Shown: positions 27,202-41,024, counted from the whole stretch's first letter. The stretch is DNA of 63,815 nt, filler included, from Polymyxa betae A26-41 (GCA_003693705.1; 5 parts of 5 records of this genome joined end to end with filler, not necessarily neighbours in it), one strand, 5' to 3'. Notes: generated by a model not told the origin, from the sequence alone. Made by a program: numbers and translations.

Positions 27202-27862
27202 TTATTCGCTGATCATAGAGGAGTTTGAAAAATCGGCAATTGCAGATGGTTGTGGTCTGATTATAACAGCCTCTTCGACCCCGCTATTTGTAATAGCAGT
27301 TTGTTTCAAAGCGCCCCAACCACCACGGCCGTAATCATAGTCTTGGCGAAACTCATCACGAACCTGCTCAAAATATCCATCAAGCTGAAACTTGATAATG
27401 GAACACCGAGAATTACCTGGCCACCTGCTCGCCCACGACCAAACTGACGTCCTTCAATAAATCCGACATCGATATCGATTTTGATTGAGCGGGAATCAAT
27501 TTTCAATCCGCTACTGCAGCAATTTAAGATAGTGGCGAATAAAATTTGTTCAGAACTAACATATAGTTTACAGCATCCTTTGCATGGTTGTGTGAATAGA
27601 ACTGAACGAAAGCAAATCCACACGGTTCCTTGGTCCTAGAATTCAGGCCCATGATAACACTCTTCACAGGACCAACCATGAGAAACAGCTCATAGAGCTG
27701 ATCCTCAGTCGTAAAGAAAGACAGATTTCCAATATAGATGGTGCAGGACTTACGAAGGTCGTGCTTGATCTGGTCCCATTCCTGATCGGAATACCTTCGC
27801 CGCTTGGTCAAGACATAGGCAGTAATTCCTTCACAAGCTCCAAGGCCATATAGAGTGGCCAT
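27202..27862 (-). CDS. NCBP2: Nuclear cap-binding protein subunit 2 (CBP20)
   Basis: TIYIGNLSFFTTEDQLYELF, PCGFAFV, GRQFGRGRAGGQVRDEFRQDYD.GRGG; two introns. Confidence 0.95.
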
Positions 27863-27993
27863 GACGATTTGTTAGTAAATGAAATATAAAACCCTAGAGA
27901 GAGCTAGTGCGACTGCGTGGAAACAGCTCATTTGTCAATCCGTCTTTCAGCTTAACAGCTTTCAACTTCTCATTTACAATAAGTACATAATCA

Positions 27994-29494
27994 TTAGGAG
28001 ACATTTATATCGACTTGATCGCCGTCTTCTAAATCCATTCCAGAGACCGTCTCAGACTCATCTACGCGATCGCCATCCATCAAAAATACAACTTTTGAGA
28101 ATCCGTTTTCATTGCATAATCTCTGACGAATCTTGGCAAAGGTATCCTCACACATGACCTGTGCGGCAAAATCATCACCATGAATAGTGGAATACTGGAG
28201 AATTAACCTTCAAAGAAATCTCTTGTTTACCAGAGGGACAAAACCTTAACGTTATAGATCCTGCTACATCATCACTTGTTTGAATCCCTGCCTCTGTGGG
28301 TGTATAAAATCCTTTGGATGGCTTCGCGATTGCGATTATAAGAGTTTCCCCGTCTTGAAGCTGAAGCTGAATAGGGGTTGCCTTCTGATCAATTTCGAAT
28401 CCATTGATAGTGAGCCAGATCTGTCCATAATACTAGGAAAATGCCATCATAAGCTGATATTCAAAGCCAAGAGATTTTTGACAGACCTGAGAAACTTTCT
28501 TATAAAGATCAGAAAACTCATCGTCAACGAACATGTGCGTGTTCGTAAAGAGATTCGAATCGGAATCGAGAATCCGAAAACAAACTCTCATACGAACATC
28601 CTACAGAGAGGTTAGAAAAAATGAAGATGAGATTATGAATGGCAAACCGAATTTTGGCCATCGCGAAGCACTTTATCCATTGCGACGAGATCTGGTAATT
28701 TCTGGGCTTCTGGAGTTTTGGTTGGACTAAGTGGAATGTTCTGATCCACTTGAATTGGTGCTCGAATCTCTTGAATTAATTTGGAGGTTTCAGCTACAAT
28801 TACCATAGACCTGTTAAAACTCATAAATAGCGTGTTAACACGAATCAAGACGAATTAACTGGCGCAACTCTAGATTTTGGTTCTGTGCTTGTCTAATATT
28901 ATGCTCAGAGCACATTTGGTTAAGATCGATTTTCTTGAGCAAGGGATCCATTGGTTTCCTGGCTTTCGCTCTTGACAATTTTCAGTCAGCATTGTGTTAT
29001 TATATAAAAGAACGAAAAGAATACCTTCCAGTTCGTTTAAAGGCAGATATCTCAACCACATCGGAGTCGCTGGAATCACTAAGGGCTTCGTTCTTGGAGA
29101 ATTTCCTCCTGCCCCGTTTCTTGCTATCAAGAGGTGATTTTCTTTCGGGTCTCTTCTCTTCCACTTCATCATCTTGATCCAACATTTAATCACCGAATCG
29201 GGTAATCGGGTGATAGAACATCTCACCAGATGATATATCAATGGCGATTCTTCGTTCCTTCTGCCGGTTGCCGAAATCGAATATATCGATGGGTCCGTCT
29301 GATTTTCCCATTCGTATCCGTTGATTACGTAAATCCTGGGCATCTTTCAACTACAGTAATAATGAAAAGGAGGCCCTGCTACAACATGCATTAGTCCATG
29401 CCTTCTCCTGGTATCTCAGACGTCGTTCATTATCACCATCAAGTCCAGGTACGAATTGGCCAAGGCCTGAATCGCTGTCAGATGTTGGGGCCAT
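27994..29494 (-). CDS. Rad60/Esc2/NIP45 (RENi)-like protein with two C-terminal SUMO-like domains, multi-exon
   Basis: Spliced reading gives low-complexity N-terminus, then ...INGFEIDQKATPIQLQLQDGETLII and FLMDGDRVDESETVSGMDLEDGDQVDINVS* (no di-Gly). Confidence 0.7.
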
Positions 29495-29684
29495 ACTAAT
29501 AGCCAATAGGCAGGCAGTTCTAAAATCAGTAAATGCGAGATATTTCTCCTGATCGCATAAAATTCCATTCCTTGTCTCTATCAAGGTATATCTTTCTGAA
29601 GCTTCAATCTATCTGTATAGTATATCTGCGTTCTGTTTAACCTCTCTATCTCTCTATAACTGTATTGTCTCTTGTACGGCTCTC

Positions 29685-30346
29685 ATGGAAGAGAAATTCG
29701 ACCTACCTATTGCTAGCATAGCTCGCATCATCCGGAATGCTCTGCCAAAGCATTATCAGGTTCAGGTTTCTTTTATGGCTGCTATAAAGCTTTAACGTCT
29801 GTACAGGTCGGTAAGGATGCTCGGTTGGCGATGGCAAAAGCGACCAGTGTTTGGATATTGTATTGTGCAACGGTTGCTAATACAATATCAACCTCCCGCA
29901 AACGAAAGACAATTTCTGGAGATGACGTGTTAGCGGCCCTTGCCGAGATGGATTTTGAAGATTTCGTGAGTCCTTTGAAAGAAATGCGTTCTGGTATGTT
30001 AATTTCTGTGTGAATTTCTAAGTTTTGACTCGATAATGAAGAATTGACGATATCTTCTCGAAAGAAAGCAAAACTGTCGCGGCTTGCAAACGCAGGGGCT
30101 GGAGAAGACTCTTTAGAAGGCGCTGATATGAAACGAGATATGGATGACGAGACTGAAGATGAACAAGTAGGTAATCATCAAGAAATGAAGCACGCCGAGG
30201 ACGAAGATATTGAACGCGAAGATGTTGAATCCCATGAGGATGATCCTGCCGAAGAGGATGACTTGCAAGATGAGAGCGATGTTGACGAGCAAGAACATGA
30301 TGATCACAGGCCTATCGTCGATTCGTCTTTAACGACAACGGATTGA
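29685..30346 (+). CDS. POLE3: Histone-fold protein POLE3/DPB4 (NF-YB-like) with acidic tail
   Basis: DLPIASIARIIRNALP, KDARLAMAKATSVWILY, RKTISGDDVLAAL; two introns. Confidence 0.85.
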
Positions 30347-30375
30347 TTGTATGTTTTAAACAATTTTATTGATTG

Positions 30376-31037
30376 CTATTGAAGAGCGATTTCAGCAATG
30401 AGATTGCGAATCCCATGACCGTTGATATTGTTTATAGAAATGGTTTTAATAGAACCACGTGATGCTTTCAGATCTTCTAGTCGTAGAATACATTCAAGCT
30501 CCCACTTCTTTATTTGTTCTGGGGCATCTTCGTGGGTGAATACTATGACAACAGGAATATCTTTTGGGAGCTTCACAAGGCAACTCATGAGCTCGCAGCA
30601 AGCCACTGAAAATATGACTCGATTGGAGCTGTCAATGGTAAACTAATCGAAACGATTACTGAAGGCCAGAAAATGTTTCGGTTACGAACGATAAGCATTG
30701 AACAATGGGGAAGATATGAGCTCCAAGTTGTCATCATCGTCGATCCAACTTCTTTAAAGACGAACTTTCGGGAGCTGATCTCAATAATATCACGCTCAAC
30801 TCCCATCTTCGTCAGTCGTTTAACAATGTGTTGACATTAGGATCGACTTACAGTCGGTCTGGTCGTATTAGTAATGACTTCATCGGGAGCACCTTGAACA
30901 AAAACTGAATCATCAAGTCAGTCTATGAAAGACATAAATCGATTCTGCTCGCTGATACGTTTGAGACGCCTGACAAGCAGTGATTTGCCTGAACGTTCGG
31001 GTCCCAGAATCAATATCTCAGGAATAGCCTCTGCCAT
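30376..31037 (-). CDS. ARL16: ARL16-like small GTPase, multi-exon
   Basis: LGPERSGKSLLVRRL, TRPT.G, KEVGSTM..WSSY, ILRLEDL, GHGI: ARL16-type divergent G boxes. Confidence 0.8.
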
Positions 31038-31124
31038 CCCAGATGTGATGGCAGTCTATCACAGAAACTGATAGTGCATAGTACAAAGGCGAGACATGAA
31101 AATAAAATGAATGTATTGTCAAAT

Positions 31125-31469
31125 TTAATCGAACAGCGAGAAGCCCATGTCTTCTTCCTCTTCTTCCTCTTCCTCTTCAGGTTCGGGTTCAGCAGCAGCG
31201 GCAGCGGCAGCACCACCAGCAGCAGGAGCAGCACCAGCGGACATAGATGGACCAGCAGCGCAGGCATTGGCAACCAGAGAGCCGACGTCTTGTCCCTTCA
31301 GGGCAGACACGAACAGCTTAGGCCAGTAAGGTTCGACGGTGGCGCCAGCGGCCTTGATCATGTTCTTGACGGCTTCCTCGGTGATTTCAGCGCCGTCGTC
31401 GTACAAGGCGAGGCAGGCCAGAGTGCAGAGCATCTCCTGGGTTTGAGTGGCATCAACGGCGATCGACAT
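31125..31469 (-). CDS. RPLP1: 60S acidic ribosomal protein P1
   Basis: LALYDDG, VEPYWPKLF, Ala-rich hinge, EEEDMGFSLFD C-terminus. Confidence 0.97.
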   Translation of the reverse strand: MSIAVDATQTQEMLCTLACLALYDDGAEITEEAVKNMIKAAGATVEPYWPKLFVSALKGQDVGSLVANACAAGPSMSAGAAPAAGGAAAAAAAEPEPEEEEEEEEEDMGFSLFD

Positions 31470-32085
31470 GATGTTTGATAGATGTGGGTAAGGCAGCAGC
31501 CGGCAGACGTTTCAATCGAATGGGCGAATTAAGCTGTGTCCTTTGGTCCGTACGGACTGCGACGAATCCGTAGCTATAACGCCATTAGTGCAACTATTCA
31601 TACATATCTCTTGACAGGACGTTTATCTCTGTTGTGCTTTCATAGATTTCAATCTGGATTGGGATTTCATTTTACGATTTAACAAAGGCAAAACCTCAAT
31701 TCGGAGAGCTTCAATACATGCTGAAGTAAACGAATTTCGATTGTGAGACTCGGAAAAAACCCCTGCATTTCGTAGCTTCCGATAGCTCAGGTTGCAGGAA
31801 TATTTGTAGCACAGAAAGAATCATGCTTCCCTAGAGCTGATTTCATGAAATCGTATAGCGATGCATGCTAACTGTTCATACTCGCACTTGGAATGGAACT
31901 GCCCATATCCCCTCCATGCATTAAAATTCCAGAAACAGATAGTAAAGCAAAGCAAACGAAGTCGAGAGATTTCCCAAGCATCCATATGATAACAATCATG
32001 CTATCATCAATAATTTTAAGAATGCCTTTTCGTTCCAGCTACCGATTGAGAGAGGGCTATTTCTCGAGTAGCACTATGAAAGGCT

Positions 32086-32959
32086 TTATGTGGCAGCCAA
32101 AGGTAGGTATTTAGATAGAATTGTATATCCAGCTGAATCATGTAAATCATGAAATGATGGATCAGATTCATCTTTACTGTATCTGGAAGCACACAGAATA
32201 CCTCAACATTGGCGATTACTGATTGGTAAATATGACTAACCTTAATTTGCGATATAACTCAAGAGCTCGCGTATTGCTGTTAAAAACCGTCAAACAGACT
32301 TTCTCAATGAGAAGCTGGCAGCCAGCCATCTCAATAGTTTGCATTATAAACTAGAGCACTATCTTAATAGGTAAATGATTGAGGCAAAGACCCCATACCT
32401 TGCCAAGACCAATTCCCTGGACTGATTGCTCCAATTGAATTTCATAGAGATAGATCTGAGCCAGATCATCTTCAACTTCATATCGAATATGGCCAAATGC
32501 TAATGGGGATCCAGTACTATCAGCTGCATTATGGGCAAGTATATAACGAGCATGATTGCTTTCCAGTTCCTTCCTTTTCTTCTTATCGCTCCATTTCCAT
32601 TCACCACCGCCTACACTAAAATAAATAAGATGAAATAATCTCATATTATAGCTATCTTGACATCGAGATATCGGCATAAAAGATATAATGAAATCATAAA
32701 ATTGAAACCACAATTCTTAGCGCCTAAAAGCAAACAGAGACGTACAGAGATCGTATTGGGACTTCATATTGTCTCGCGTTAAAGCCAACGCCCAGTCAAT
32801 GTCAGTTGGTGCCATATCTGATCTATGTTTGTATGACAGTAGGATAGAATGACCATGCCTAGTAAATCTGGAGAAAGGTTGCATATTGGCGAATATATCT
32901 CGTGTCTGTTCAGCTGCCCGAAGCCGTGATATTGGACTTGGTAGCTTGGATCTCATCAT
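32086..32959 (-). CDS. NAA40: N-alpha-acetyltransferase 40 (NatD), multi-exon
   Basis: LTRDNMKSQY, WSDKKKRKEL, YLYEIQLE..QGIGLGK, LTVFNSN..ALELY, GYTILSK. Confidence 0.9.
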
Positions 32960-33239
32960 CGTTCTAAGAACTGCGAACCTCTCATCTAAAAACTCTCAAC
33001 TTGCTCAAAAGGCATCTATAGACCATAGCACAATCGGACAAAGCCATACTAGTTTAGTTTATTATCAAGGCATCTTTATCACATATGCACATATCGTGAG
33101 GAGCATTTATTGGTGTGCAAACTTGAAATGGTGAATATGGCGATATTCTTGTCACTGACGAGATCGCGAAATGATTCTGGAAAAACGATTGACGCGCTCT
33201 ACGAGCACGATTGCGGTTACTATCATCTAAGACATGGAC

Positions 33240-36200
33240 CTATTCACAAAGTAAATGATCCTGATGAAGAGAGATTATATGACAGACCTTAACAATAGCC
33301 TTAACTTGGCCTGTGTCGATATCGCTAATCACGAATCGCCATTGATCGGCTTTTAAGAACGTCCATGCCCCAGATACTGTGCTTCTAGACGAAGACCACT
33401 AGACACAAACTTAGTATACTTTTAAGGAAAATTGAACGCAAGCAAAATCGCAAACGAAAATTTCGAAAAGAATGACAGAAGAATTACCCCTTTCTCAACA
33501 GTAGTAGTTTGTGAAAACTGTACTTGACCGGAAGAGTCAATAAACTGGAACTTAAGCTGTTTAGTCTTTTTTATACAGCTGGTCTCGTTCCAGCCAATCG
33601 AGATATCTGAACAACATAGTGAGAATGTGATAAATGGGACTTTAACTATACTTAACAGATATTATCGGGTAATCCCAACAGAATATTGGGACGGGATCCT
33701 GATTCAACTGACACATCATCAATCTGTACGAATGTGATACATTTATCAGCTTCAGGCGGTCTCCACCTGAAAGTTTGGAAATTTCAGTCTGGGCACACAT
33801 TCTTTATTGCCCTTTACCAAGAAGGATTTGCTTGTATTTCCAGCATAAACCTTTCAGGATCCATCTTAGCTCCAGAAGCTGCTTTTCCAGCATCGACATC
33901 AACTGTGATTTGAAAAACCGAGTGCTCTTCACCTAAACTCATCTCAACACTTGGCCATATAATTCCTATCATGAACAAAGAATAATAGCGAACCTCTGGA
34001 AATATCGTTTAGATTAGCGTCGAATTTAGTGTTGCTTGCTCGAATCTGTCTGACACTGATAATAGATTCTAAATTCAATTGCCGACAGCCCAGTTGTCGC
34101 CATGACTCTGTCTCATTATTAATTAAGGAGACAGCTTTCTCAGCTGATATATGATTGAACATTTCGACATTATGGGCACAATGAAATCTTACCAACAAGC
34201 CTCCATAACGTCGTATTTGTTCTTTCTTCTGTATAAACCGAGCAGCTGCATCTCACAGATGGTATGCTAAGGTCTTTACATGATCTATCTGGAACTGTTC
34301 TTAACAGAGACACTCCATCGGTTATCTCGTCCAGGTCATCCTGGCTTGGTTTCAGCAACATATCAGCCTGGTAATATATTTCAGCTTCATCAAGATATGT
34401 CATGGTGGATAGATCTTGCCAAGGTAGCATGAAGATCTAATCCAGTCATTAGTCGATCTGTATTCGAGCGAAGCTGGTTATGATATCCGGTGTGATTCGG
34501 TGTAAAAAAAAACAAAGCTGGCAGATTGTACTCGATAGTTAACGTCATCGTCTCTGATAGCTTCCCATATCCTGTATACCAGAATTAATTCGGCAACATC
34601 CCGTAATCATCAGATAGCATCAAACAAATAGCATCGAACAAATGCACAAAAAAAGGCCAACTTCAACAGCTCAGCATTACAGACACCAAATGTAGAGAAA
34701 ACACTGCTTTGTAAACGTTAATAAACCAGATGACGATCACGAGAAAAGAAGCCATCGGAGGCATGAATTCTTACCAAGACCATGATCTCCCATAAGGATG
34801 ACGGTTGTATCATCATCGATAGATCGCATAAACATCTCCAGATCTGCATCCAACAATCCAACACGGCTATACGTTCTTTCATGAGCTTCGTTTGTTTTCA
34901 GAATCGAAAAGGTCGGTTTAGATACCGCCTGTGATATGAGAGAGTCAAATCATAAGAACAAACATCGTCCTGCTGGATTGATAGACCTTATACTGCGATA
35001 TGAATTGATTCAAATAACTGAACAGATGTCGATGCATGTACTGGCCCGCGTAGCAAATATGCTTAACAGTCGAATCGCTGAAGAAATCGTGTACTCGCAT
35101 ATGCTTCATAATCATGCACATAACATTGCCTAATGTATGATCTGCAATCGTTGTGAATCTTGTTTGAAAGCGATCAGTGACACATTATGAACAAACAGCA
35201 GAATGCATACGTGTCCATGAATGAGGCTATCTCTACATCTGTCAAATCTGCTTTCACTTTACGACGAATTATACGAGCCATGGATCCCGTATTCTTAACG
35301 CATCCTTCCTCGATAAATCTGATTAATGAAACCCCATTACAAAATTGCTGTAAGATGTTCCTGCTCGTAAGAAAACATACGATGTCGCATAACCCGCATG
35401 TCGGTATCGATCAATGATGGACACGAAGCTTTCATTACTGTCTGCATACTTGCTCGATGACATTCCAAACATGACAGGTGTGAAATTCATCTTGGTTCCT
35501 TTCCCAACTGTGTTGAACCTAAACCTGATAAGAACAGATATTTAGTAACTGGATTATGACATAATCACCGAATAAAATCACTGAGCCGATGGCTCTTGCT
35601 CTGCATCATAAAGGACAGCGTCCTAGGCAACGTTCGTATAGCATGTTCTCTTGTTAAGGAATCGACAAGAATTAAGACGACGTGGTTTGGTCGGGAACTC
35701 TTCCGCCCAATCTCATCTCGGGGTTGAACACGAAGATGCCAATCTCGAATCACACGACCATCTTCATTGACACATTTTACGAATATAGCTTCATCATTCG
35801 GATTCAGCTCAACATCATCTATCTATATTGACATTAGAATACGAGATATCAATAAATACAGATGATGCTACGAGTGGTTTCGGATAGGTGACATTGATTG
35901 AATTGGCAGTCTGGTAGAGAACACGTCCAGGACAGCGATTTGGAATGAGTTGAAGATATCGATTACCTACTATACGACTAACTCGAGCTGAAGGTCGTTT
36001 ACAAGGTTCTGGTATAGATAAACCCGGATCTCGCCATTGGGAATAAAACTGGTCATCGACCTGATCCGGTATTTGAACTGGGCATGATCCAGCACGTAGG
36101 CTTGGGGTATCCTAATGAATATCCTATTAAGATACGAAATGTGGGAACATAACAGATTAAACGAACAGAGCAACACCAGATGTTTAAGCGACAAATACTC

Positions 36201-36457
36201 GAAACGTGGATCATAAAAACATGGTAAAATAATAGTAAAACAAGTAGCAAGCAAATTGCAGATGTTACGAAGGTGTATCAATATACCCAGATAGATTTCG
36301 GGAGCAAGTAATTAGGTCTTTTGACAATAACGGATCTCTGCTGTAGACTAAAAAATTGTTGTGATAGCTGAGTAAAGACATAGATGAAGGTGAATGAGAG
36401 AATAGCGGCAACTAGATGAAGAGGTCGTCGTCCTACATGAAGACCCGGTCCTCTCAT
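33240..36457 (-). CDS. DUF229-like (alkaline phosphatase/sulfatase superfamily) membrane-anchored protein, multi-exon
   Basis: N-terminal TM; HVVLILVDSLTR.HAIRTLPRT, FNTVGKGT..N; many short introns. Confidence 0.75.
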
Positions 36458-36747
36458 GAATTCATTCCAGATACGACAATCGATCAGATATTCATATCAC
36501 GATCTCTACCTAATCTTGAATCTAGGTATGGCTTAAGAGGTGGAAATCGTTTTTAATGAACCCTTAGTCGTAACTGGCATCACAATATAGGCCATAACAG
36601 TCCAGACGAAGAGCACATTCGAATGAATAACACACCCAATCCTAATATGGTTTTACCTACATCAAGGTAGAAGTAGAAACAGATGATTGTTTGTTAATTA
36701 TAAGTTGTGGCTCCTTTTGACGATTGACTCGGCAATGAAAACATTGT

Positions 36748-36869
36748 CGTCCATCTCCTGCCATTTCATTTGATATTGTGTATTTAAAGAGCCTGTTGGC
36801 GTCCATCTCCTGCCCTTTCATTTGATATTGTGTATCTATAGGGCCTGTTCACCTGCCATTTCATTTGAT
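36748..36869. repeat. ~52-bp tandem repeat, about 2.3 copies
   Basis: GTCCATCTCCTGCC(A/C)TTTCATTTGATATTGTGTAT repeated. Confidence 0.85.
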
Positions 36870-39084
36870 TGTAACACAAGTTATATCTCCGTGATATCCT
36901 TCATTCTATATATGTAGAGATACATTCACTTTTTTGTTATTTCTAAGGCACTTGTGACTGCTTCCAGACGAAATAGCCTCCTCGCGAACTCGCTCTAAAT
37001 CGCACTTCTGACAGACCATTTATCAAAAACAGTGGATTTTTGAACCTAAAAAGCTGCCCTGGTTATCTGGTTGATCATTCGTTTGACGTTTTCGTGATCG
37101 TCAATTCTTGGTGATGAGACACTCAGGCATCGAATGTTCAGCACTAGTATTGCTTTGTACAGCAAGCTCTCGATAAGGCTTTTGACAGGAACCGCAAAGG
37201 CGCAAATTAGGTTCGAATCCAGTCGATTGATATATTGCTATGAGCGGAGATGATTTCAACTTATCAACGAGTTCTCATCTCGGTCTCGAATGCAGCAGAA
37301 TGACCAGGGTGATTTGAATGGCTCAGTGATAGGAGCTTTTTGTTAATTTAATCAATATAACCAGGAGGGGCTATCAGGGTTGATTAGAGTTAGTGTTAAC
37401 TGAATCAATTAAATCATATTATCAACACTGCTAACAAAAGGTATTGGAGCGAAACCAAATATCCAATGGGACATTGGCACATCAGCTTTAGGATTTGCAA
37501 ATATACGGTACAAAGGTTCATTGTTATCAAGCTATTATTATCGTTTAAAGCAAGGAAACAAGTCGCCAATGGAATTCTGGTCGTGCCCTTCATTGCCACA
37601 ATCGCAGAACAAATTCGCATTGGATGCTGAAAATGTGGTAGCCTGAGACGTTTCAGATTGGTGAAGCTGGCTGAGGGAGGGACATGGACAAGAATCTTAT
37701 CTGGTCACTCTTCTCGCATCATTTGTACATGTGTTGTGGTCATCGAACAAGCGTTGCATCCTGATTCGAATAAGCTGAATAGACCAGCAATAGCGCCTCT
37801 ATAGTTTGGCAGTGATCGATACGCTGCCTGAAAAGTAGTGACGATGCTTGAGAGCATAAGACGTCTTCGGCCGTTACAGAATTAACAACTATGAGCTTCA
37901 CGAGTCGGGAGAAGCCAATTCTATACTTGAAGGCGAGAAGCAAGAATAACAACTTAGGAAAGATACAAATAAACAGGAGCTGACAGAGATTGAAGTGTTC
38001 TTAAGACCAGGTTCGGCAAATACACCATCAACCGAAGATTCCGATCCCATCACCAACCGCATTGACTGAATGAGCAGATACGTAGAATCGAACTTAACAA
38101 TTATGCTGTATAGTGGTAGAAGCATCAAAGTTAAAGATGAAGAGTGAAGTGTCCATTGGTAATCACAATCATTGCAATATCATCAACCTTGATGAATATG
38201 ACATAGAACAGAAACTTTTTGATCGATGCGATTTTTGGGTACGACAGCCTTCCAGCAAAAGCATTCTGCTCTTTACCATCATAATCGTTCGCTCTCTTCG
38301 TTGGTGGGAGGAGAAATTTTCGCTTTGGAACGCTAAAGCAGAGACTGCAGGCAAAAAATTTGTAAGACAGGAAGTATAAAGACACAACAGACTTACCTTT
38401 GAAAGATTGGTCAGTATGGCGTATTCTCAAAGTCACAGACGTTCAGGAGACGTCGCCAACGAGCCGTTAGCAAGCGATCACCAGAGCATAATGGAATCGG
38501 GCTCTTCAAAGAAATTAACAGGAGGCATTTTAATAGCAAGGAATCGTTAAAAAAAGAGGCAATCGCCGTGTGTCGAGGAATCAGCATTTTCTGAGGGCGA
38601 AGAGGAGCATTCTGGACAACATTATGACTCATTTACTCAGTGTACAATTCTGATACCGAATAGACAGATCATCTGATTTTGTTTGTTGGGCTTGCAGTGG
38701 ATTGCCGGCAAAATCGTGTCGACGAAGACATTCGCCAAAAGCTTGGATAATGATAGGGCCATGCTTTCGTCTTCGATACAAAAGCACTGATAGTTGAATC
38801 TGCAAGATGTTTCCAAGCCAGGTAAGGGTTTGATCCCCCCCAAGAGAGAACTGAACAGAACTCTCAGCATCATCTGAATCTGCATGAATAAATGAATAAA
38901 TACGTAAGAATGTGGATGGGCGTGGAGGTCGCCGTGTGTGCGATTGCATTAATACTTTCTATGTGGAGAATGCAACAGGATATTGGGATCAGTAACATAG
39001 TTGGCTTTTCCCTCTCAGTTTAAACAAGTTTCAACCCAAAGTCAGGTATTGGACTTTTATTCGAAACGACAGAATGGGCTGAAA

Positions 39085-39657
39085 TCACAGAATCTGGGAA
39101 GCTTTGGAGATGTGTACGGCAAACCGATGTCCTATTACTACAACATAACATAGAATGGAATCATACAAATAAAACAGATGCATCCACATGGTAGCAACTT
39201 GAATATGACCAGACATAACGTATTCATTGAGGATCCGGCAACAAAACGGAAGAATAAGGAGAGCGAACACGAAATACTGAACTTGCTTATGACGCCACTG
39301 CTTATTATTCCAATTACATATTATTACTTGCAAGTAAAAGTATATGAACGGGATCGGTAATGATAGAGCAGAGCCAAATGCATGATTTGATAGGATTGCT
39401 GCATCGAGAATAGATAGAGAGAAACCTAAAAAGAACAATGCCAATGCCAATAGCTTGTAATTGTGCTGTCCACGTTTAAACCCACGGTTGAACACGAATC
39501 CTGCATAAAGAGCAGTTAGCATGGAAAATGCAGCAGCTCTAAACATGAAGTTCATGCAGAGTTTCGACCAAGGTTGAACATGGGGTCGGATAACAGCAGC
39601 GAATATACAGCCTGAGATAGAAGGGGCAGTGTTGCAAGTAGACAGGCCATTATCCAT
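39085..39657 (-). CDS. Putative multi-pass membrane protein (segment), function unknown
   Basis: 190-aa ORF with 4-5 hydrophobic helices; further hydrophobic minus-strand fragments at 37400-38950. Confidence 0.4.
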   Translation of the reverse strand: MDNGLSTCNTAPSISGCIFAAVIRPHVQPWSKLCMNFMFRAAAFSMLTALYAGFVFNRGFKRGQHNYKLLALALFFLGFSLSILDAAILSNHAFGSALSLPIPFIYFYLQVIICNWNNKQWRHKQVQYFVFALLILPFCCRILNEYVMSGHIQVATMWMHLFYLYDSILCYVVVIGHRFAVHISKASQIL

Positions 39658-40402
39658 CGTTTGGCATTATTGTTGGAAGTCTTGGTATCGGGAATCGGTC
39701 CATCAAACAGGATAGATTCCATTGCTTTTAAGATGGTGCATTAATTTGGTTTAGCAACGGTTTGCGTAATCTGCGAGACGAGTGAGCATTGGCAGTGATT
39801 GGTTGGTATCACTGATATCAAGGTATGATGAGAAAATGAGTCTGTTTTACAAATTCGTCAATGATGTTCTCACTACTCATTGTACTGTTTTTGTTAAATC
39901 AATCTGGTAGACGAAATCATCTGTTGCCGAGATCAAAATTGGACTGAATTCAGCTCGCTACAGTCAGCTGGGATCTCAATAGATCCTGTGTGGAAAGAAT
40001 CCCTATTTCGTAATATGCCAATGAATGTTATCGATAACGAATACATTGATGAGCACATCTGCTGAGATATTGACCTGGAAAAGGGACAATTACCTACGTT
40101 GCTGTTATAAGGAGTATGTCGTATTACCTGATCATATGGTGGGGTGGTATCCATGAGTCTATTATTTCCCAGCATGACCTTATGGCTTCCAACATGTGCT
40201 ATGTATCACGAGTCATGATCCACGATCAGTTCTGGTAGGTGTCAGATACAGTCGTCCTTTGCAATTGTTATTGCCTTATTGGATACTCGGTCGTGGTAAA
40301 GCGTTTCCTCTCTGAAACCAGATCTTGATCGTTTAGCTATGTTCGCCCTGCTTCATGACTGAATGTGTTTGACTTTTTTTAGTACATCCTGATCTGATTC
40401 GC

Positions 40403-40502
40403 NNNNNNNNNNNNNNNNNNNNNNNNNNNNNNNNNNNNNNNNNNNNTTAATTAATTAANNNNNNNNNNNNNNNNNNNNNNNNNNNNNNNNNNNNNNNNNN
40501 NN
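40403..40502. other. Artificial contig spacer
   Basis: N-TTAATTAATTAA-N linker. Confidence 0.97.
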
Positions 40503-41024
40503 CGATTGCTCGCTTCAGCTGCACATCTTCTGATTCTCTTTTACTCCGGCTCCGTGTGTTTCGGACCGAGTATGCATTGTTCGCCATGTAACTCTTAAAG
40601 AATTCTTTAGAGCACTTCACTACGTAGTAATAAACGAGTCTGTGATAGTGCTGAGAATCGATTGTATATTATTTCAGGGAGTCAGGGCCCAAGGTAGTTC
40701 CGCAGTCCGTGACGCAACTTCCGGACCTGATCACTTCCGACGGAATGTCCAAGAGTCTGCCCGCAGTCTTCTTAGCGCAGTCGCGCACTTATTGCGACTA
40801 ACGGAGAAAATATAGATTGATACACTCGATGAAGAAATCGGCAACTAGCAAGTAGAGCGGTTTCGTCAGATCGTGATAAAGTTGCTACAATAATCGGCAG
40901 CACTTCAGTCAGTGATAATGAATTGTGTTCTATTTCCAGCTCGAATCCCAGCTTCATTCAGCTCAGTCCGTACGGATACCGTACGGACTCCGCGGGAGTC
41001 GAGCCCATTTATACTACGGTACGT

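Noticed and set aside
31074-31478. Plus-strand ORFs overlapping RPLP1, and similar antisense ORFs over Gypsy pol
   Set aside because: Shadow ORFs caused by codon bias and low complexity on the coding strand
40965-40990. AGTCCGTACGGATACCGTACGGACT small inverted repeat
   Set aside because: Single short hairpin with no supporting context
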